Shown: positions 34,909 through 45,305, counted from the first letter of the stretch. The stretch: DNA of 64,000 nt from Ruminococcus sp. (GCA_017521805.1 JAFXDK010000073.1:13410-77409); one strand, 5' to 3'. Numbers and translations are program-made. Notes: generated by a model from the letters alone, not told the origin.

Positions 34909-35962
34909 TTATAATTTCCTCCAGTGCATTGAAAAGCCTGTCCATTTCCTCATCTGTGCCTATGGATATGCGGAGATAATCGCAGATTATGGGCTTATTC
35001 CAGTAACGGACAAAAATATTGCGTTTTTTCAGTTCCTCAAAAATATACTGAGCCGATTTTTTCTGCGGACTTGCAAAAATAAAGTTTGTCTTTGAATCGG
35101 GGAATACAAATCCCAAATCTGTAAGACGTGCCTTTGAACGCTCTCTTGTGGCAATAATTCTGTCAACGGTTTCACGGAAATATTCCTCGTCAGCCATTGA
35201 TGCCGCACCGCAAAGCTGTGTAATTGGATTCATTGTATATGAATTTATGGAGAATTTCACATCGTTCATATACTTTATAAGCTTTTCGCTTCCAATTGCA
35301 AAACCGATACGCATACCTGCCATTGAACGTGATTTTGAATAAGTCTGCACAACAAGGAGATTTTCATATTTTTCCACAAGGGGCAGACAGCTTTCACCGC
35401 CGAAATCTACATAAGCTTCGTCAATGATAACTACGCTGTCGGGATTTTTTTTCACGATATATTCAATGTTTTCAATTGTTTCCATAACTCCTGTGGGAGC
35501 GTTGGGGTTGGCGATAACTATACCGCCGTTTTCCGTCAGATAATCCTCTCTGTTGATTGTGAAATCGCTGTTGAGAGGAATCTGCTTGTAAGGGATACGG
35601 TAAACATCCGCCCATACATCATAAAAAGAATATGTTATATTAGGGAAAATCACAGGCTTTTCAGAGCCGAAAAATGTCATAAAGGCTATGGCTAAAACAT
35701 CGTCAGAGCCTACTCCTGCAAATACCTGTGACGACTTTACATTGTATCTCTTTGCAATTGCGTCAACCAATACCGATGAATCGGGGTCGGGATAAAGACG
35801 CATTTTGCCGTATTCAAAATCCTCCAGTATCGCCCTTACAGAAGGTGACGGAGGGTATGGATTTTCGTTTGTGTTGAGCTTTACAACGTCCGATACCTGT
35901 GGTTGTTCGCCCGGAGTATAGGGCACAACCCTGCGAACATAGCTCTCCCAATTGTTACTCAT
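34901..35962 (-). CDS. hisC: Histidinol-phosphate aminotransferase
   Basis: 'LNTNENPY.PS', 'YPDP', 'DEAY.DF' and PLP-lysine context 'TYSKSRSMAGMRIG'. Start at ATG 35960-35962, 6 nt after GGAGTG. The ORF-track GTG start lies inside the RBS. Confidence 0.93.
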   Translation of the reverse strand: MSNNWESYVRRVVPYTPGEQPQVSDVVKLNTNENPYPPSPSVRAILEDFEYGKMRLYPDPDSSVLVDAIAKRYNVKSSQVFAGVGSDDVLAIAFMTFFGSEKPVIFPNITYSFYDVWADVYRIPYKQIPLNSDFTINREDYLTENGGIVIANPNAPTGVMETIENIEYIVKKNPDSVVIIDEAYVDFGGESCLPLVEKYENLLVVQTYSKSRSMAGMRIGFAIGSEKLIKYMNDVKFSINSYTMNPITQLCGAASMADEEYFRETVDRIIATRERSKARLTDLGFVFPDSKTNFIFASPQKKSAQYIFEELKKRNIFVRYWNKPIICDYLRISIGTDEEMDRLFNALEEIING

Positions 35963-35977
35963 ATTTATCACTCCAAA

Positions 35978-36745
35978 TTATCCTAACTGAGCAAATTCTA
36001 TCATATTTTTTTCGCTGTCGATTATTACGGCTGTGCTGTGTGGATGATTCCAATTATGTGTTGCTGAAGTTACATAAACTGTTGCAGATGTGCTTTCAGC
36101 CCAGAAATCAGTATCACTATAAATATAAAGACTTTTATCATCTTCCCACGTTGCCGATGCTTTAGGACTTATCTCATCAACGTATATTGAGTAACCATGC
36201 TCAAATTCGCTGTAAGGATATGTATATATAGCCTTTGCTGAATATTCTTCTTCGTAAGCTTTTATTACATCTTGTGAAGCCTCGAAACGCACACTGGAAT
36301 GTCCTGCTCCCTGCCCTAATGTTGCAACAAAATGAAAGCCATAGTCGCTAATATCATCAGGTAATTTTTCAGGAGCAACTTTAAAGGCATGACTTTTATA
36401 ATATTTAACGTAATCCAACTGTAAATTATATCTCCAAGGAGAATCAGAATGTACCCCTGCAATCATAACAGACATCATCATAATTGTCACAGGAATAAAA
36501 ATACAACTCAGTGTGCTTCTTAAAAAATGCTTTTTCTCAGCTCCTCTGAAAAGCCATATAACATTACTTATCAGCCAAATTCCGCTTATTACAAGGCGAA
36601 CAAGTCCGCTTTCCACCAGTATAAACAGCACAAGAAACAGCAAGGTAAATAAACCAGCAATTACAACATTAATTATGGTAAAAGCTTTGTTGAACTTTTC
36701 AAACTTAATCTGCTTTATATCCGTTGTCACTATATTCTCGTTCAT
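35978..36745 (-). CDS. Hypothetical membrane protein (3 N-terminal TM helices plus extracytoplasmic domain), inserted between hisD and hisC
   Basis: 255-aa ORF. Its ATG overlaps the hisD stop (ATGA). No recognisable family motif. Confidence 0.65.
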   Translation of the reverse strand: MNENIVTTDIKQIKFEKFNKAFTIINVVIAGLFTLLFLVLFILVESGLVRLVISGIWLISNVIWLFRGAEKKHFLRSTLSCIFIPVTIMMMSVMIAGVHSDSPWRYNLQLDYVKYYKSHAFKVAPEKLPDDISDYGFHFVATLGQGAGHSSVRFEASQDVIKAYEEEYSAKAIYTYPYSEFEHGYSIYVDEISPKASATWEDDKSLYIYSDTDFWAESTSATVYVTSATHNWNHPHSTAVIIDSEKNMIEFAQLG

Positions 36746-38025
36746 TCAAATCTTACCTTGATAGCGTTTGCGTGAGCTGTAAGTCCCTCTTTTTCTGCAA
36801 TGAGAACGATATCATCGTGTGCCTCTGCAAGCGCCTCTCTTGTGTAGTATGTGTAGCTGATACGCTTTGTAAAGCTTGCTACTCCAAGAGGTGAGAAGAA
36901 ACGTGCTGTTCCGCTTGTGGGAAGTACGTGGTTAGGTCCTGCATAGTAATCGCCAAGAGGCTCTGACGCATAATTTCCAAGGAAGATTGAGCCTGCATTG
37001 TCAAGGCTTCCAAGAAGCTCCATGGGATTTTCCATAAGTACTTCAAGGTGTTCGGGAGCAATTTCATTTGCCAGTTCTACGCACTTTTCACGGCTGTCAG
37101 CAATGATGATTGCACCGTAATCCTCCAGAGATTTCTCAATAATCTCCTTACGTGAGAGATACTCTTTCTGACGGTTTATTTCAGCTATTGTTTCATCTGC
37201 AAGCTTTTCGCTTGTTGTTACCATAATTGAAGATGCAAGAACATCGTGTTCAGCCTGTGACATAAGGTCAGCGGCTGCAAACTTAGGGTCAGCTGTTTCA
37301 TCGGCAATTACAAGAATTTCACTTGGACCTGCAATCATATCAATATCTACAACGCCGTAAAGAAGCTTCTTAGCAGTTGCAACGTAGATATTTCCGGGGC
37401 CTACGATTTTGTCACACTTAGGAATTTCCTCTGTACCGTATGCAAGAGCCGCAATTGCCTGTGCACCGCCTGACATAAATACTCTGTCAACTCCGCATAT
37501 AGCTGCCGCTACGAGTATATCCTTGTTAGGTGTGCCGTCCTTTAAAGGAGGTGTTACCATTACTATTTCCTTAACTCCTGCAATTTTTGCGGGAATTGCA
37601 TTCATAAGAACGCTGGAGGGATATGCAGCTGTGCCGCCGGGAACATAAAGACCTACACGAGACAATCCGCGCACTCTCTGTCCGAGAATTACACCGTTTT
37701 CCTTAGGGTCAATAAATCCCTGTTCTTTCTGGCGGTTGTGGAAATCTGCGATATTTTCCTGTGCGTTGAGAAGTGCTGTTACAAATTCAGGGTCTGCCTC
37801 TGTGAGAGCGTCATTTATAACCTCACGGGGAACTTCATAATACTGGGGAAGATTTCCGTCAAATTTAAGAGTGTAATTCTTTACAGCCTCATCGCCGTTT
37901 TCGCGGACATCTTCTATGATTGCAGATACTGTTTCCGTAACCTTTTTATTTGTCTCTCCTGCACGCTTGTTAAGCTCTGCAAGAAATGATTTTTCGTCTG
38001 TGCCGTTTGCGTAAATCTTCTTCAT
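36742..38025 (-). CDS. hisD: Histidinol dehydrogenase
   Basis: 'GLYVPGG.AAYPSSVLM', 'GGAQAIAALAYGT', 'GPGN.YV..AK', 'SQAEHD', 'APEHLE', 'GDY..G.NHVLPT'. Confidence 0.95.
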   Translation of the reverse strand: MKKIYANGTDEKSFLAELNKRAGETNKKVTETVSAIIEDVRENGDEAVKNYTLKFDGNLPQYYEVPREVINDALTEADPEFVTALLNAQENIADFHNRQKEQGFIDPKENGVILGQRVRGLSRVGLYVPGGTAAYPSSVLMNAIPAKIAGVKEIVMVTPPLKDGTPNKDILVAAAICGVDRVFMSGGAQAIAALAYGTEEIPKCDKIVGPGNIYVATAKKLLYGVVDIDMIAGPSEILVIADETADPKFAAADLMSQAEHDVLASSIMVTTSEKLADETIAEINRQKEYLSRKEIIEKSLEDYGAIIIADSREKCVELANEIAPEHLEVLMENPMELLGSLDNAGSIFLGNYASEPLGDYYAGPNHVLPTSGTARFFSPLGVASFTKRISYTYYTREALAEAHDDIVLIAEKEGLTAHANAIKVRFE

Positions 38026-38655
38026 TTATAAATTCTCCTCAATAAGTGTGATAAGTCTTTCAATTTCAGCCTGACGCATTTTAAGGCTTACTGTATTTAC
38101 AATAAGTCTTGCGGAAATAGGTGCAACGTCCTCAATAACTTCAAGTCCGTTTTCCTTTAAGGTTGTACCTGTTTCAACTATATCAACAATACCGTCAGCA
38201 AGGTTGAGAATAGGAGCAAGCTCAACAGAACCCTCAATCTTGATAATATCTGTGTCCATTCCCTTTTTCTCAAAAAAGCTTCTTGCCACATTTGGATATT
38301 TTGTAGCAATTGTCTTTACTCCATAGCCGCTGTAAAAATCGAATCCCTTTTTAGTTGCAAGGGCAAATTTACATCTGCCGAAGCCAAGGTCAACAAGCTC
38401 GAAGAACTTGCCTTTCATCTCCATAATTGTATCCTTACCAACAACGCCCATATCGCACACACCATGCTCAACATATGTAATAACGTCGTTTGCCTTTGCA
38501 AGTACTACTTCAAGATTAGCGTCAGGAACAGGAAGTATCAGCTTTCTTCCCTTTTCGCGTACTGCTGTGCAGTCAAATCCAAGCTTTTCAAGAAGTCCTA
38601 CTGTATCTTTTTCAAGTCTGCCCTTTGTAAGAGCGATTCTTATAGGCTTGCTCAT
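38026..38655 (-). CDS. hisG: ATP phosphoribosyltransferase, short form (catalytic subunit)
   Basis: 209 aa. 'IALTKGRL', 'D...YVE.G..D.G.VG.D' and 'D.IVDIV.TG.TL..NGL'. Short form is consistent with the adjacent hisZ. Confidence 0.93.
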   Translation of the reverse strand: MSKPIRIALTKGRLEKDTVGLLEKLGFDCTAVREKGRKLILPVPDANLEVVLAKANDVITYVEHGVCDMGVVGKDTIMEMKGKFFELVDLGFGRCKFALATKKGFDFYSGYGVKTIATKYPNVARSFFEKKGMDTDIIKIEGSVELAPILNLADGIVDIVETGTTLKENGLEVIEDVAPISARLIVNTVSLKMRQAEIERLITLIEENL

Positions 38656-39848
38656 ATTTCGTCCTCCTCGCTGTCGCAGTCTACTACTACAACCTTACTG
38701 ATTTTCTTTTCCTTAGCGTACTCACGTACTGATTCTATATCGCTGAACAGCGCATTTTCAACAATAAATCCCTGTTCACGAAGCTCTCTTGCCTGCTTGA
38801 TTGCGGCAGCCTCACAGCCCTCCTCTGCAAATACGATAACATCAGGAGCAGGCTCTGTGGGAAGTATTCCGTTTCTCTCAATGACCTTTGAAATTGCGTT
38901 TACATTTACCGCAAAACCAACAGCAGGAATATCATATCCGAAGTCAGAGATAAGCTTGTCATAGCGTCCGCCTGAAATAACTTCCTCACCGTGTCCCTTG
39001 AGATAACCCTTGATAATAAGACCTGTGTAATAATCAGTCTTATTTACAAGTCCAAGGTCAACTGTAATATTGCCCTCGTTGCCGCAGATTTCAGCAATAT
39101 CGCAGTAAATCTCACGGAGCTCATCAAGTATGCGCTTTACGTTTTCGTCGGGGATAAGCTCCTCTGCCTTTTCGAAAACTTCCTCTCCGCCGAAAAGTGC
39201 CGGAAGCTTCTTCAATGCTGTTGTTATACTATTATTTCCGAATGTATCAAGGAAATCGTTAAGAGCAGGGAAATTCTTATTCTCGATAAGCTTGCGGATA
39301 TAATTCTTATCCTTTTCATCAGCATCAAGACGATCAACAAGGCACTTGAAAACGCCGATATGTCCCAGTTCAAGAGAGAATTCGAGTCCGAATGCATTGA
39401 GAGCGTCAACAGCGGCGGAAATTACTTCCAAATCAGCCATTTTCATCTCAGAACCGATAAGCTCAATGCCTGCCTGTACTGTTTCGTCACTTCTGCCTTT
39501 CAGCACTGATTCGTTGCGATATACAGTCTGATTATAGCAAAGCTTCAATGGAAGCTCAGCGTCACGGAGACGAGTTGCAACTACTCTTGCAATAGGCATT
39601 GTGGAATCGGGACGCATTACAAGAAGTCTGCCCTTGCTGTCGGTCAGCTTGTAAAGTGTTTCCTGAGGAAAATAACGGGATTTCATATTGAATACATCAA
39701 AAAATTCAAGTCCCGGTGTAATCATTTCGCTGTAGCCTCTGCTCTTGAAAAGCTTTAACAGCGTATCTTCAATTGTTCTTCTGACAACGCACTCACCGAA
39801 AAGCAAATCCTTTGTGCCCTCGGGAGTTATAAGATCGTAATTCTTCAT
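38652..39848 (-). CDS. hisZ: ATP phosphoribosyltransferase regulatory subunit (HisRS paralogue)
   Basis: Class-II aaRS-like motifs ('TP..E..D.F', 'MRPD.T...AR', 'GGRYD.L'). 4-nt overlap with hisG. Start at ATG 39846-39848, 5 nt after AGGAG. Confidence 0.88.
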   Translation of the reverse strand: MKNYDLITPEGTKDLLFGECVVRRTIEDTLLKLFKSRGYSEMITPGLEFFDVFNMKSRYFPQETLYKLTDSKGRLLVMRPDSTMPIARVVATRLRDAELPLKLCYNQTVYRNESVLKGRSDETVQAGIELIGSEMKMADLEVISAAVDALNAFGLEFSLELGHIGVFKCLVDRLDADEKDKNYIRKLIENKNFPALNDFLDTFGNNSITTALKKLPALFGGEEVFEKAEELIPDENVKRILDELREIYCDIAEICGNEGNITVDLGLVNKTDYYTGLIIKGYLKGHGEEVISGGRYDKLISDFGYDIPAVGFAVNVNAISKVIERNGILPTEPAPDVIVFAEEGCEAAAIKQARELREQGFIVENALFSDIESVREYAKEKKISKVVVVDCDSEEDEI

Positions 39849-39903
39849 AAATACTCCTTTCACGTTTCGGTATCAAATCGCTTTAGCGTGTTACTATGAT
39901 AAT

Positions 39904-39932
39904 ATGATACCATAATATTATAATAAAGTCAA
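39904..39932 (-). promoter_or_regulatory. SigA-type promoter of the his operon; its -35 box is separated by a single nucleotide (39933) from the polC stop codon
   Basis: On the minus strand: TTGACT (39927-39932), 17-nt spacer, TGgTATCAT (hexamer 39904-39909). The leader is only about 50 nt, too short for a T-box. Confidence 0.55.
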
Positions 39933-39933
39933 G

Positions 39934-42900
39934 TTAAAAGAAACTCATTTGTGTAGATTCGGGTAAATCACCAAAAGCCCCTATGCTTTTCAGCATATCT
40001 ATTGTGGTCTTTGACACACCGCTCATTTGCTGGAATTCCTCAATGGAGATAAATCCCCCTGCTTGTGCCGCCTCATAAAGTCCCTTTGCAGCATTTTCTC
40101 CAACGCCCGACATTGCTGCAAAGGGAATTCTCAGCTTGCCGTCCTCTATAAGATAATCAACAGCGTGAGACTTAAACAGATTTATAGGCAGGAATTCATA
40201 GCCTCTCGACATCATCTCATTTGTAATGAGAAGAATATCGTATAAATCGCTTTCCTTTTTGGATCGGTCATTTCCCAACTCTTTAAGCTGAACGATTCTT
40301 GCCCGAACAGCCTCCATACCCTTTGTGGCAAGCTCAGCGTCAAAATCTTCACCACGTACCGAGAAATATGTGGAATAATACTCCAGCGGCTTGTAAAGCT
40401 TGAACCAGCCCAGCTTCATTGCGGCTATAACGTATGCCGCCGCGTGTGCTTTCGGGAACATATACTTAATTTTCAGACAGCTTTCGATATACCACTCGGG
40501 GACATTATGGCTTTTCAGCATTTCGATAATTTCGGGAGTGAACTGCTTTGAAGCCTTGCCCTTACGGGTCCACTCCATAATCTGAAACGCCATTTTCGGC
40601 TCAACATCTTTATAAAGCAGATATGTCATAATACTGTCACGGGTACCGATAACCTCAGAAATCGTACAAGTTCCGTTTTCAATTAAGTCCTTTGCATTTC
40701 CAAGCCATACGTCAGTACCATGTGAAAGTCCCGAAATCTGCAAAAAGTCACTGAATCGTGAGGGTTTAGCGTCAAGAAGCATACCAATGGTGAAGTTTGT
40801 TCCCATTTCGGGTATGCCAAGACTTCCTGTTTTGCAGAAGATATCTTCTTCCGTAACTCCCAGAACAGTACAATCGGTACACATCTGTATTACCTTTGCA
40901 TCATATGCGGGAATATTCTTTATTTCAAGTCCCGTTAAATCTTCCAGATGCTTGTACAGAGTAGGTACAACGTGTCCAAGCTCGTCAAGCTTAAGTATCG
41001 TATCATGGAGGGAATTGAAGTCAAAGTGGGTTGTGATGACTTCGGAATCCGCAGAATCCGCAGGATGCTGCACAGGAGTGAAGTCGTACACCTCATAATC
41101 AGAGGGTACAACAACCATTCCACCGGGATGCTGTCCTGTGGTACGCTTTATGCCAGTACAGCCGATTGAAAGTCGTGTAAGTTCGGAATTGTTAAGATTT
41201 ATGCCGTTTTCCTCACAGTATTTCTTAACATATCCAAATGCAGTTTTATCCGCAACAGCTGAAATCGTTCCCGCTTTGAACACGTTGGATTTGCCGAACA
41301 GCTTTTCCGTGTATCTGTGAGCGTAGAACTGATATTCTCCCGAAAAGTTAAGGTCGATATCAGGGGCTTTATCGCCGTCAAATCCAAGGAATGTCTCGAA
41401 AGGAATATCATGTCCCTCGCGAAGCATATCCGTATTGCATTTAGGGCAGTTTTTCTGTGGCAAGTCAAATCCCGAACCGCATTTACCGTCAAGGATAAAT
41501 TCACTGTATTTACATTCAGGATTAGGACATATATAATGAGGCGGCAGAGGATTAACCTCTGAAATCCCCGCCATTGATGCCACAAAGGACGAACCTACAG
41601 AGCCTCTCGAACCCACGAGATAGCCATTTTCAACTGAGTTCCACACAAGCTTCTGTGCAATAATATAAAGCACCGAGAAACCATGCTTGATAATTGATGA
41701 AAGCTCTCTGTCAAGACGTTTTTCAACAAGTTCAGGCAGTGGATTGCCGTATATCTCATAGGCTTTGTCGTGGGTAATACGAACAAGGTCATCTTCTGCG
41801 CCTTCGATAGTGGGAGTAAATGTTCCCTTGGGAATTGGACGTACAACCTCCACCATATCCGCAATGGCATTTGTATTTGTTATTACGACTTCTTTCGCCT
41901 TATCTTCGCCGAGATATGCAAATTCTTTCATCATTTCGTCAGTGGTACGGAAATAGAGCATAGCCTGATTTTCCGTATCCTTAAAGCCCATGCTGGCAAG
42001 GATTATTTTACGGTATATAGCGTCTTTTGGGTCTAAAAAGTGAACATCGCAGGTAGCGCATACAGGGATATCCAGCTTTTCACCCAAGTCAATAATGAAA
42101 CGATTGAATGTTCGGAGCTCCTCCTCATCGGCGGCAACTCCCTCTCGAACCATAAACTCGTTGTTGCAAAGAGGCTGAATTTCCAGATAGTCGTAAAACT
42201 TTGCAAGTTCCTCGATTTTCTCCTGCGGCTTTCTGTCAAGCATAGCCTGAAACAGTTCACCTGCTTCACAGGCACTTCCGAAAATAAGTCCCTCACGGTG
42301 TTCCATAAGGACGGATTTAGGAATTAACGGCTTTTTGTAGAAGTAATCAAGGTTACTGATTGATACAAGTCGGTAAAGATTTTTAAGTCCTGCCTGATTT
42401 CTTACAAGAATTATCTGATGATAGGATTTCAGCTTTTTTACATCAATATCATTAACAATTTCATTAAGCTGTCCTATATTAGTAAATCCTCTCTGTGATT
42501 TAAGACGATTCACAAGTTCTATGTAAATCTTTGAAAGTATTAACGCGTCCTCGTCTGCGCGATGATGCTCAAAGCTGCCCAATTTCAGCGCTTTTGCCAC
42601 GTTATTCAGACGATGTCGTCCCATTTCGGGCAGCATAGCCTGACTAAGAATAAGGGTATCAAGCCAGTTGTACTCAAAATCTATGTTATGCCGCTTGCAG
42701 ACCTCGCTTATCATCGTAATATCAAAGTTTGCATTATGCGCCGCAAGTACGGGTCTGTCGCCGCAGAATTCCATAAATTTGCGCAGTGCCTCATCCTCTG
42801 AGGGCGCATTTGCAACGGTTTCATCAGTGATTCCCGTCAATTCCGTTATTTTTTCGGGAATATGCATACCCGGATTTACAAAAGTTTCAAAAGTATCGAC

Positions 42901-44268
42901 ATTCTGTAAATTCTTTACCTTTACAGCAGCAATACTTGTCAGCCTGTCCTTTGTAAAGCTTAATCCAGTTGTTTCAACGTCAAATATAATAATTTCGTCG
43001 TTGAAATCGCGGTCATCGGGCTTTTTAAGTATGAGTTCACGGTCAATATCATTTACAACGTATGCCTCCATACCGTAAATGACTTTGAAATTCTTAGGCA
43101 TATTGTACATACAATCAGGAAACGCCTGTACGCAGCCATGGTCAGTTATAGCCATTGCCTGATGTCCCCATTCAGCCGCTCTGCTGATAAGCTTTACAGG
43201 ATCGGTTACAGCGTCCATAGCTGACATGGTGCTGTGACAATGAAGTTCCACACGCTTTTCAGGATAATTGTCGGTTTTCTGCTTTCTTTTTACCTTAATA
43301 ATTGAATTAGCAAGTATACATATATCCCTTGCATATTCGTCATAGTCTATTTTACCCGATACAAGAAGTGCCGCACCCGATTTTATACCACCAAGCTTAT
43401 CGAGATCATCTTTATCCTCGGCCTTTACAAAGCATTTCACAAGAAGCGAACCGCTGTAATCGGTAATACTGAATGTTACAACGCTATTTCCATTTCGGAG
43501 TTCTTTTATCTCTTTAGCGAAAACATCTCCAACAATTACAGCCTTTGTACCGAGATTTGTCACAGCGTCGGATATAGTCACAGGTGTATCGCGTATTGCC
43601 TTGCCCATGATTATTTCCGCAGATTCGCCGTCAAAAACAAGGTCTGCGGATTCCTTGTCAATTGCTTTTGTGGGAACAGCCGCAGCTGCAGCCTCGGAAT
43701 GTAATTCCTCAGGGGATTTCTCAGGTACAAGCTGTTCGCTGTAGTCAGGCAGCTCTGCCGCCGCTCTTTCAATGATTTCATCATATTCGTCATTTGTTAC
43801 AGCGTCAGCTCCGCCAAGATTGATATTATAGCTTAAACCAAATTGATTATATATCAGCTGTGAAAGCTTTCGGGAAAATCCGCATTTTGAAAGCATGTCA
43901 AGTCCGCCGTGTTTCAGCTGAATATTAATATTTCCGCCGTTTATGCCCATTTCTGCATCGTTGAGAAATCCATTTACAACAGAGACTTCACGTTTCAGCC
44001 TTTCAATAATATCACCCATACAGGACAATTCAAACAATTCTTTAGGATATCGGGGATTAAGGCTTACTGATTCAACCTCCAACGCTTTTGTCACAGCGGC
44101 ATTAAACGCCGATATATCGCAATATGGCACAATACTGTTAAATTCAGCAAAAAAATTGAAATTTTTCAGATTATCAGAATAGGTCAGCTTGTATATCCGT
44201 CCATTCCGCACGGATTCCGGAATATCGGGACAATATTCCTTTAAAAATTCAGATAGATTTATATCCAT
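39934..44268 (-). CDS. polC: DNA polymerase III alpha subunit, PolC type (PHP, inserted DEDDh exonuclease, polymerase core)
   Basis: 1444 aa. PHP 'VELHCHSTMS'. Exonuclease 'IIFDVETTGL', 'HNANFDI', 'HRADEDA'. Polymerase core 'GSRGSVGSS', zinc motif 'CPNPECKY..CPKC' and 'PDIDLNF'. Confidence 0.97.
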   Translation of the reverse strand: MDINLSEFLKEYCPDIPESVRNGRIYKLTYSDNLKNFNFFAEFNSIVPYCDISAFNAAVTKALEVESVSLNPRYPKELFELSCMGDIIERLKREVSVVNGFLNDAEMGINGGNINIQLKHGGLDMLSKCGFSRKLSQLIYNQFGLSYNINLGGADAVTNDEYDEIIERAAAELPDYSEQLVPEKSPEELHSEAAAAAVPTKAIDKESADLVFDGESAEIIMGKAIRDTPVTISDAVTNLGTKAVIVGDVFAKEIKELRNGNSVVTFSITDYSGSLLVKCFVKAEDKDDLDKLGGIKSGAALLVSGKIDYDEYARDICILANSIIKVKRKQKTDNYPEKRVELHCHSTMSAMDAVTDPVKLISRAAEWGHQAMAITDHGCVQAFPDCMYNMPKNFKVIYGMEAYVVNDIDRELILKKPDDRDFNDEIIIFDVETTGLSFTKDRLTSIAAVKVKNLQNVDTFETFVNPGMHIPEKITELTGITDETVANAPSEDEALRKFMEFCGDRPVLAAHNANFDITMISEVCKRHNIDFEYNWLDTLILSQAMLPEMGRHRLNNVAKALKLGSFEHHRADEDALILSKIYIELVNRLKSQRGFTNIGQLNEIVNDIDVKKLKSYHQIILVRNQAGLKNLYRLVSISNLDYFYKKPLIPKSVLMEHREGLIFGSACEAGELFQAMLDRKPQEKIEELAKFYDYLEIQPLCNNEFMVREGVAADEEELRTFNRFIIDLGEKLDIPVCATCDVHFLDPKDAIYRKIILASMGFKDTENQAMLYFRTTDEMMKEFAYLGEDKAKEVVITNTNAIADMVEVVRPIPKGTFTPTIEGAEDDLVRITHDKAYEIYGNPLPELVEKRLDRELSSIIKHGFSVLYIIAQKLVWNSVENGYLVGSRGSVGSSFVASMAGISEVNPLPPHYICPNPECKYSEFILDGKCGSGFDLPQKNCPKCNTDMLREGHDIPFETFLGFDGDKAPDIDLNFSGEYQFYAHRYTEKLFGKSNVFKAGTISAVADKTAFGYVKKYCEENGINLNNSELTRLSIGCTGIKRTTGQHPGGMVVVPSDYEVYDFTPVQHPADSADSEVITTHFDFNSLHDTILKLDELGHVVPTLYKHLEDLTGLEIKNIPAYDAKVIQMCTDCTVLGVTEEDIFCKTGSLGIPEMGTNFTIGMLLDAKPSRFSDFLQISGLSHGTDVWLGNAKDLIENGTCTISEVIGTRDSIMTYLLYKDVEPKMAFQIMEWTRKGKASKQFTPEIIEMLKSHNVPEWYIESCLKIKYMFPKAHAAAYVIAAMKLGWFKLYKPLEYYSTYFSVRGEDFDAELATKGMEAVRARIVQLKELGNDRSKKESDLYDILLITNEMMSRGYEFLPINLFKSHAVDYLIEDGKLRIPFAAMSGVGENAAKGLYEAAQAGGFISIEEFQQMSGVSKTTIDMLKSIGAFGDLPESTQMSFF

Positions 44269-45305
44269 TAAAGTTTTTCAACCTCCGCAAGAAGTTCAGA
44301 AACTATTTCCTCCTCCTTGATTTTACGTTGTGTACCGTCTTTTTTAAAGATAACCGCACAGCCGTCGCCGCCTGCAATACCGATATCAGCTTCGCGAGCT
44401 TCTCCGGGGCCATTCACAACACAGCCCATAACCGCAACGGTTATATCTTTTTCGGAATCTGCAAGAGCCGCTTCAACCTTTTTTGCCGTACCGATAAGAT
44501 CAATTCTTGTACGTCCACAGGTTGGACAGCTTACTATAGTAACGCCTTTACGCTTGCCGATACATTTGAGTATATCCTTAGCCGCTGCAATTTCCTTGAC
44601 AGGCTCGTCCGTAAGAGATACGCGGATAGTCTCACCGATGCCGTCGCAGAGAAGTGAGCCGATACCAATTGCGGATTTTATAAGTCCCATGCGCTCTGTA
44701 CCAGCCTCGGTAACTCCAAGATGAAGCGGATAATTGCACTTCTCAGCGGCTAAACGGTATGAAGCCAACATTCTGTTTACATCTGAGGATTTTATAGAAA
44801 TTACAATATCATCAAAATCAAAGCGCTCTAAAAGTGCCGCATGATTCAGCGCACTTTCCACAAGAGCCTCGGGAGTCGGTGAACCATATTTCGCCAGAAG
44901 CTCCTTTTCAAGTGAACCAGAATTTACGCCGATACGGATAGGCAGATTCCTTGAACGGCAAGCGTCTACAACAGCTTTTACTCTGTCAAGTCCGCCGATA
45001 TTTCCGGGATTTATACGGATTTTATCAACACCTGCTGCGGCAGCTTCAATTGCAAGGCGGTAGTCGAAATGAATATCAGCAACAAGAGGAATATTCACAG
45101 CAGATTTTATTGCAGGAATAAGCTTTACAGCCTCCATATCGGGAATTGCCGCACGAACAATCTCACAGCCTGCCTTTTCAAGTTCAACGGTCTGTCTTAC
45201 GCTTCCCTCAATATCGTCTGAACGGACATTGAGCATTGATTGTATGTAGATATGATTTCCGTCAAGAACACAGTTCCCGACTTTTACAGCTTTGACATTT
45301 CTCAT
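44268..45305 (-). CDS. ispG: 4-hydroxy-3-methylbut-2-en-1-yl diphosphate synthase
   Basis: 'VQSM....T.D', 'RINPGNIG' and 'SCPTCGRT'. The stop overlaps the polC ATG by 1 nt. Confidence 0.95.
   Translation of the reverse strand: MRNVKAVKVGNCVLDGNHIYIQSMLNVRSDDIEGSVRQTVELEKAGCEIVRAAIPDMEAVKLIPAIKSAVNIPLVADIHFDYRLAIEAAAAGVDKIRINPGNIGGLDRVKAVVDACRSRNLPIRIGVNSGSLEKELLAKYGSPTPEALVESALNHAALLERFDFDDIVISIKSSDVNRMLASYRLAAEKCNYPLHLGVTEAGTERMGLIKSAIGIGSLLCDGIGETIRVSLTDEPVKEIAAAKDILKCIGKRKGVTIVSCPTCGRTRIDLIGTAKKVEAALADSEKDITVAVMGCVVNGPGEAREADIGIAGGDGCAVIFKKDGTQRKIKEEEIVSELLAEVEKL

Noticed and set aside
39864-39933. Histidine T-box or attenuator leader upstream of hisZ
   Set aside because: Only about 50 nt lie between the predicted TSS and the ATG. 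There is no His-codon leader peptide and no T-box elements. Only a small CACG..CGTG hairpin is present.
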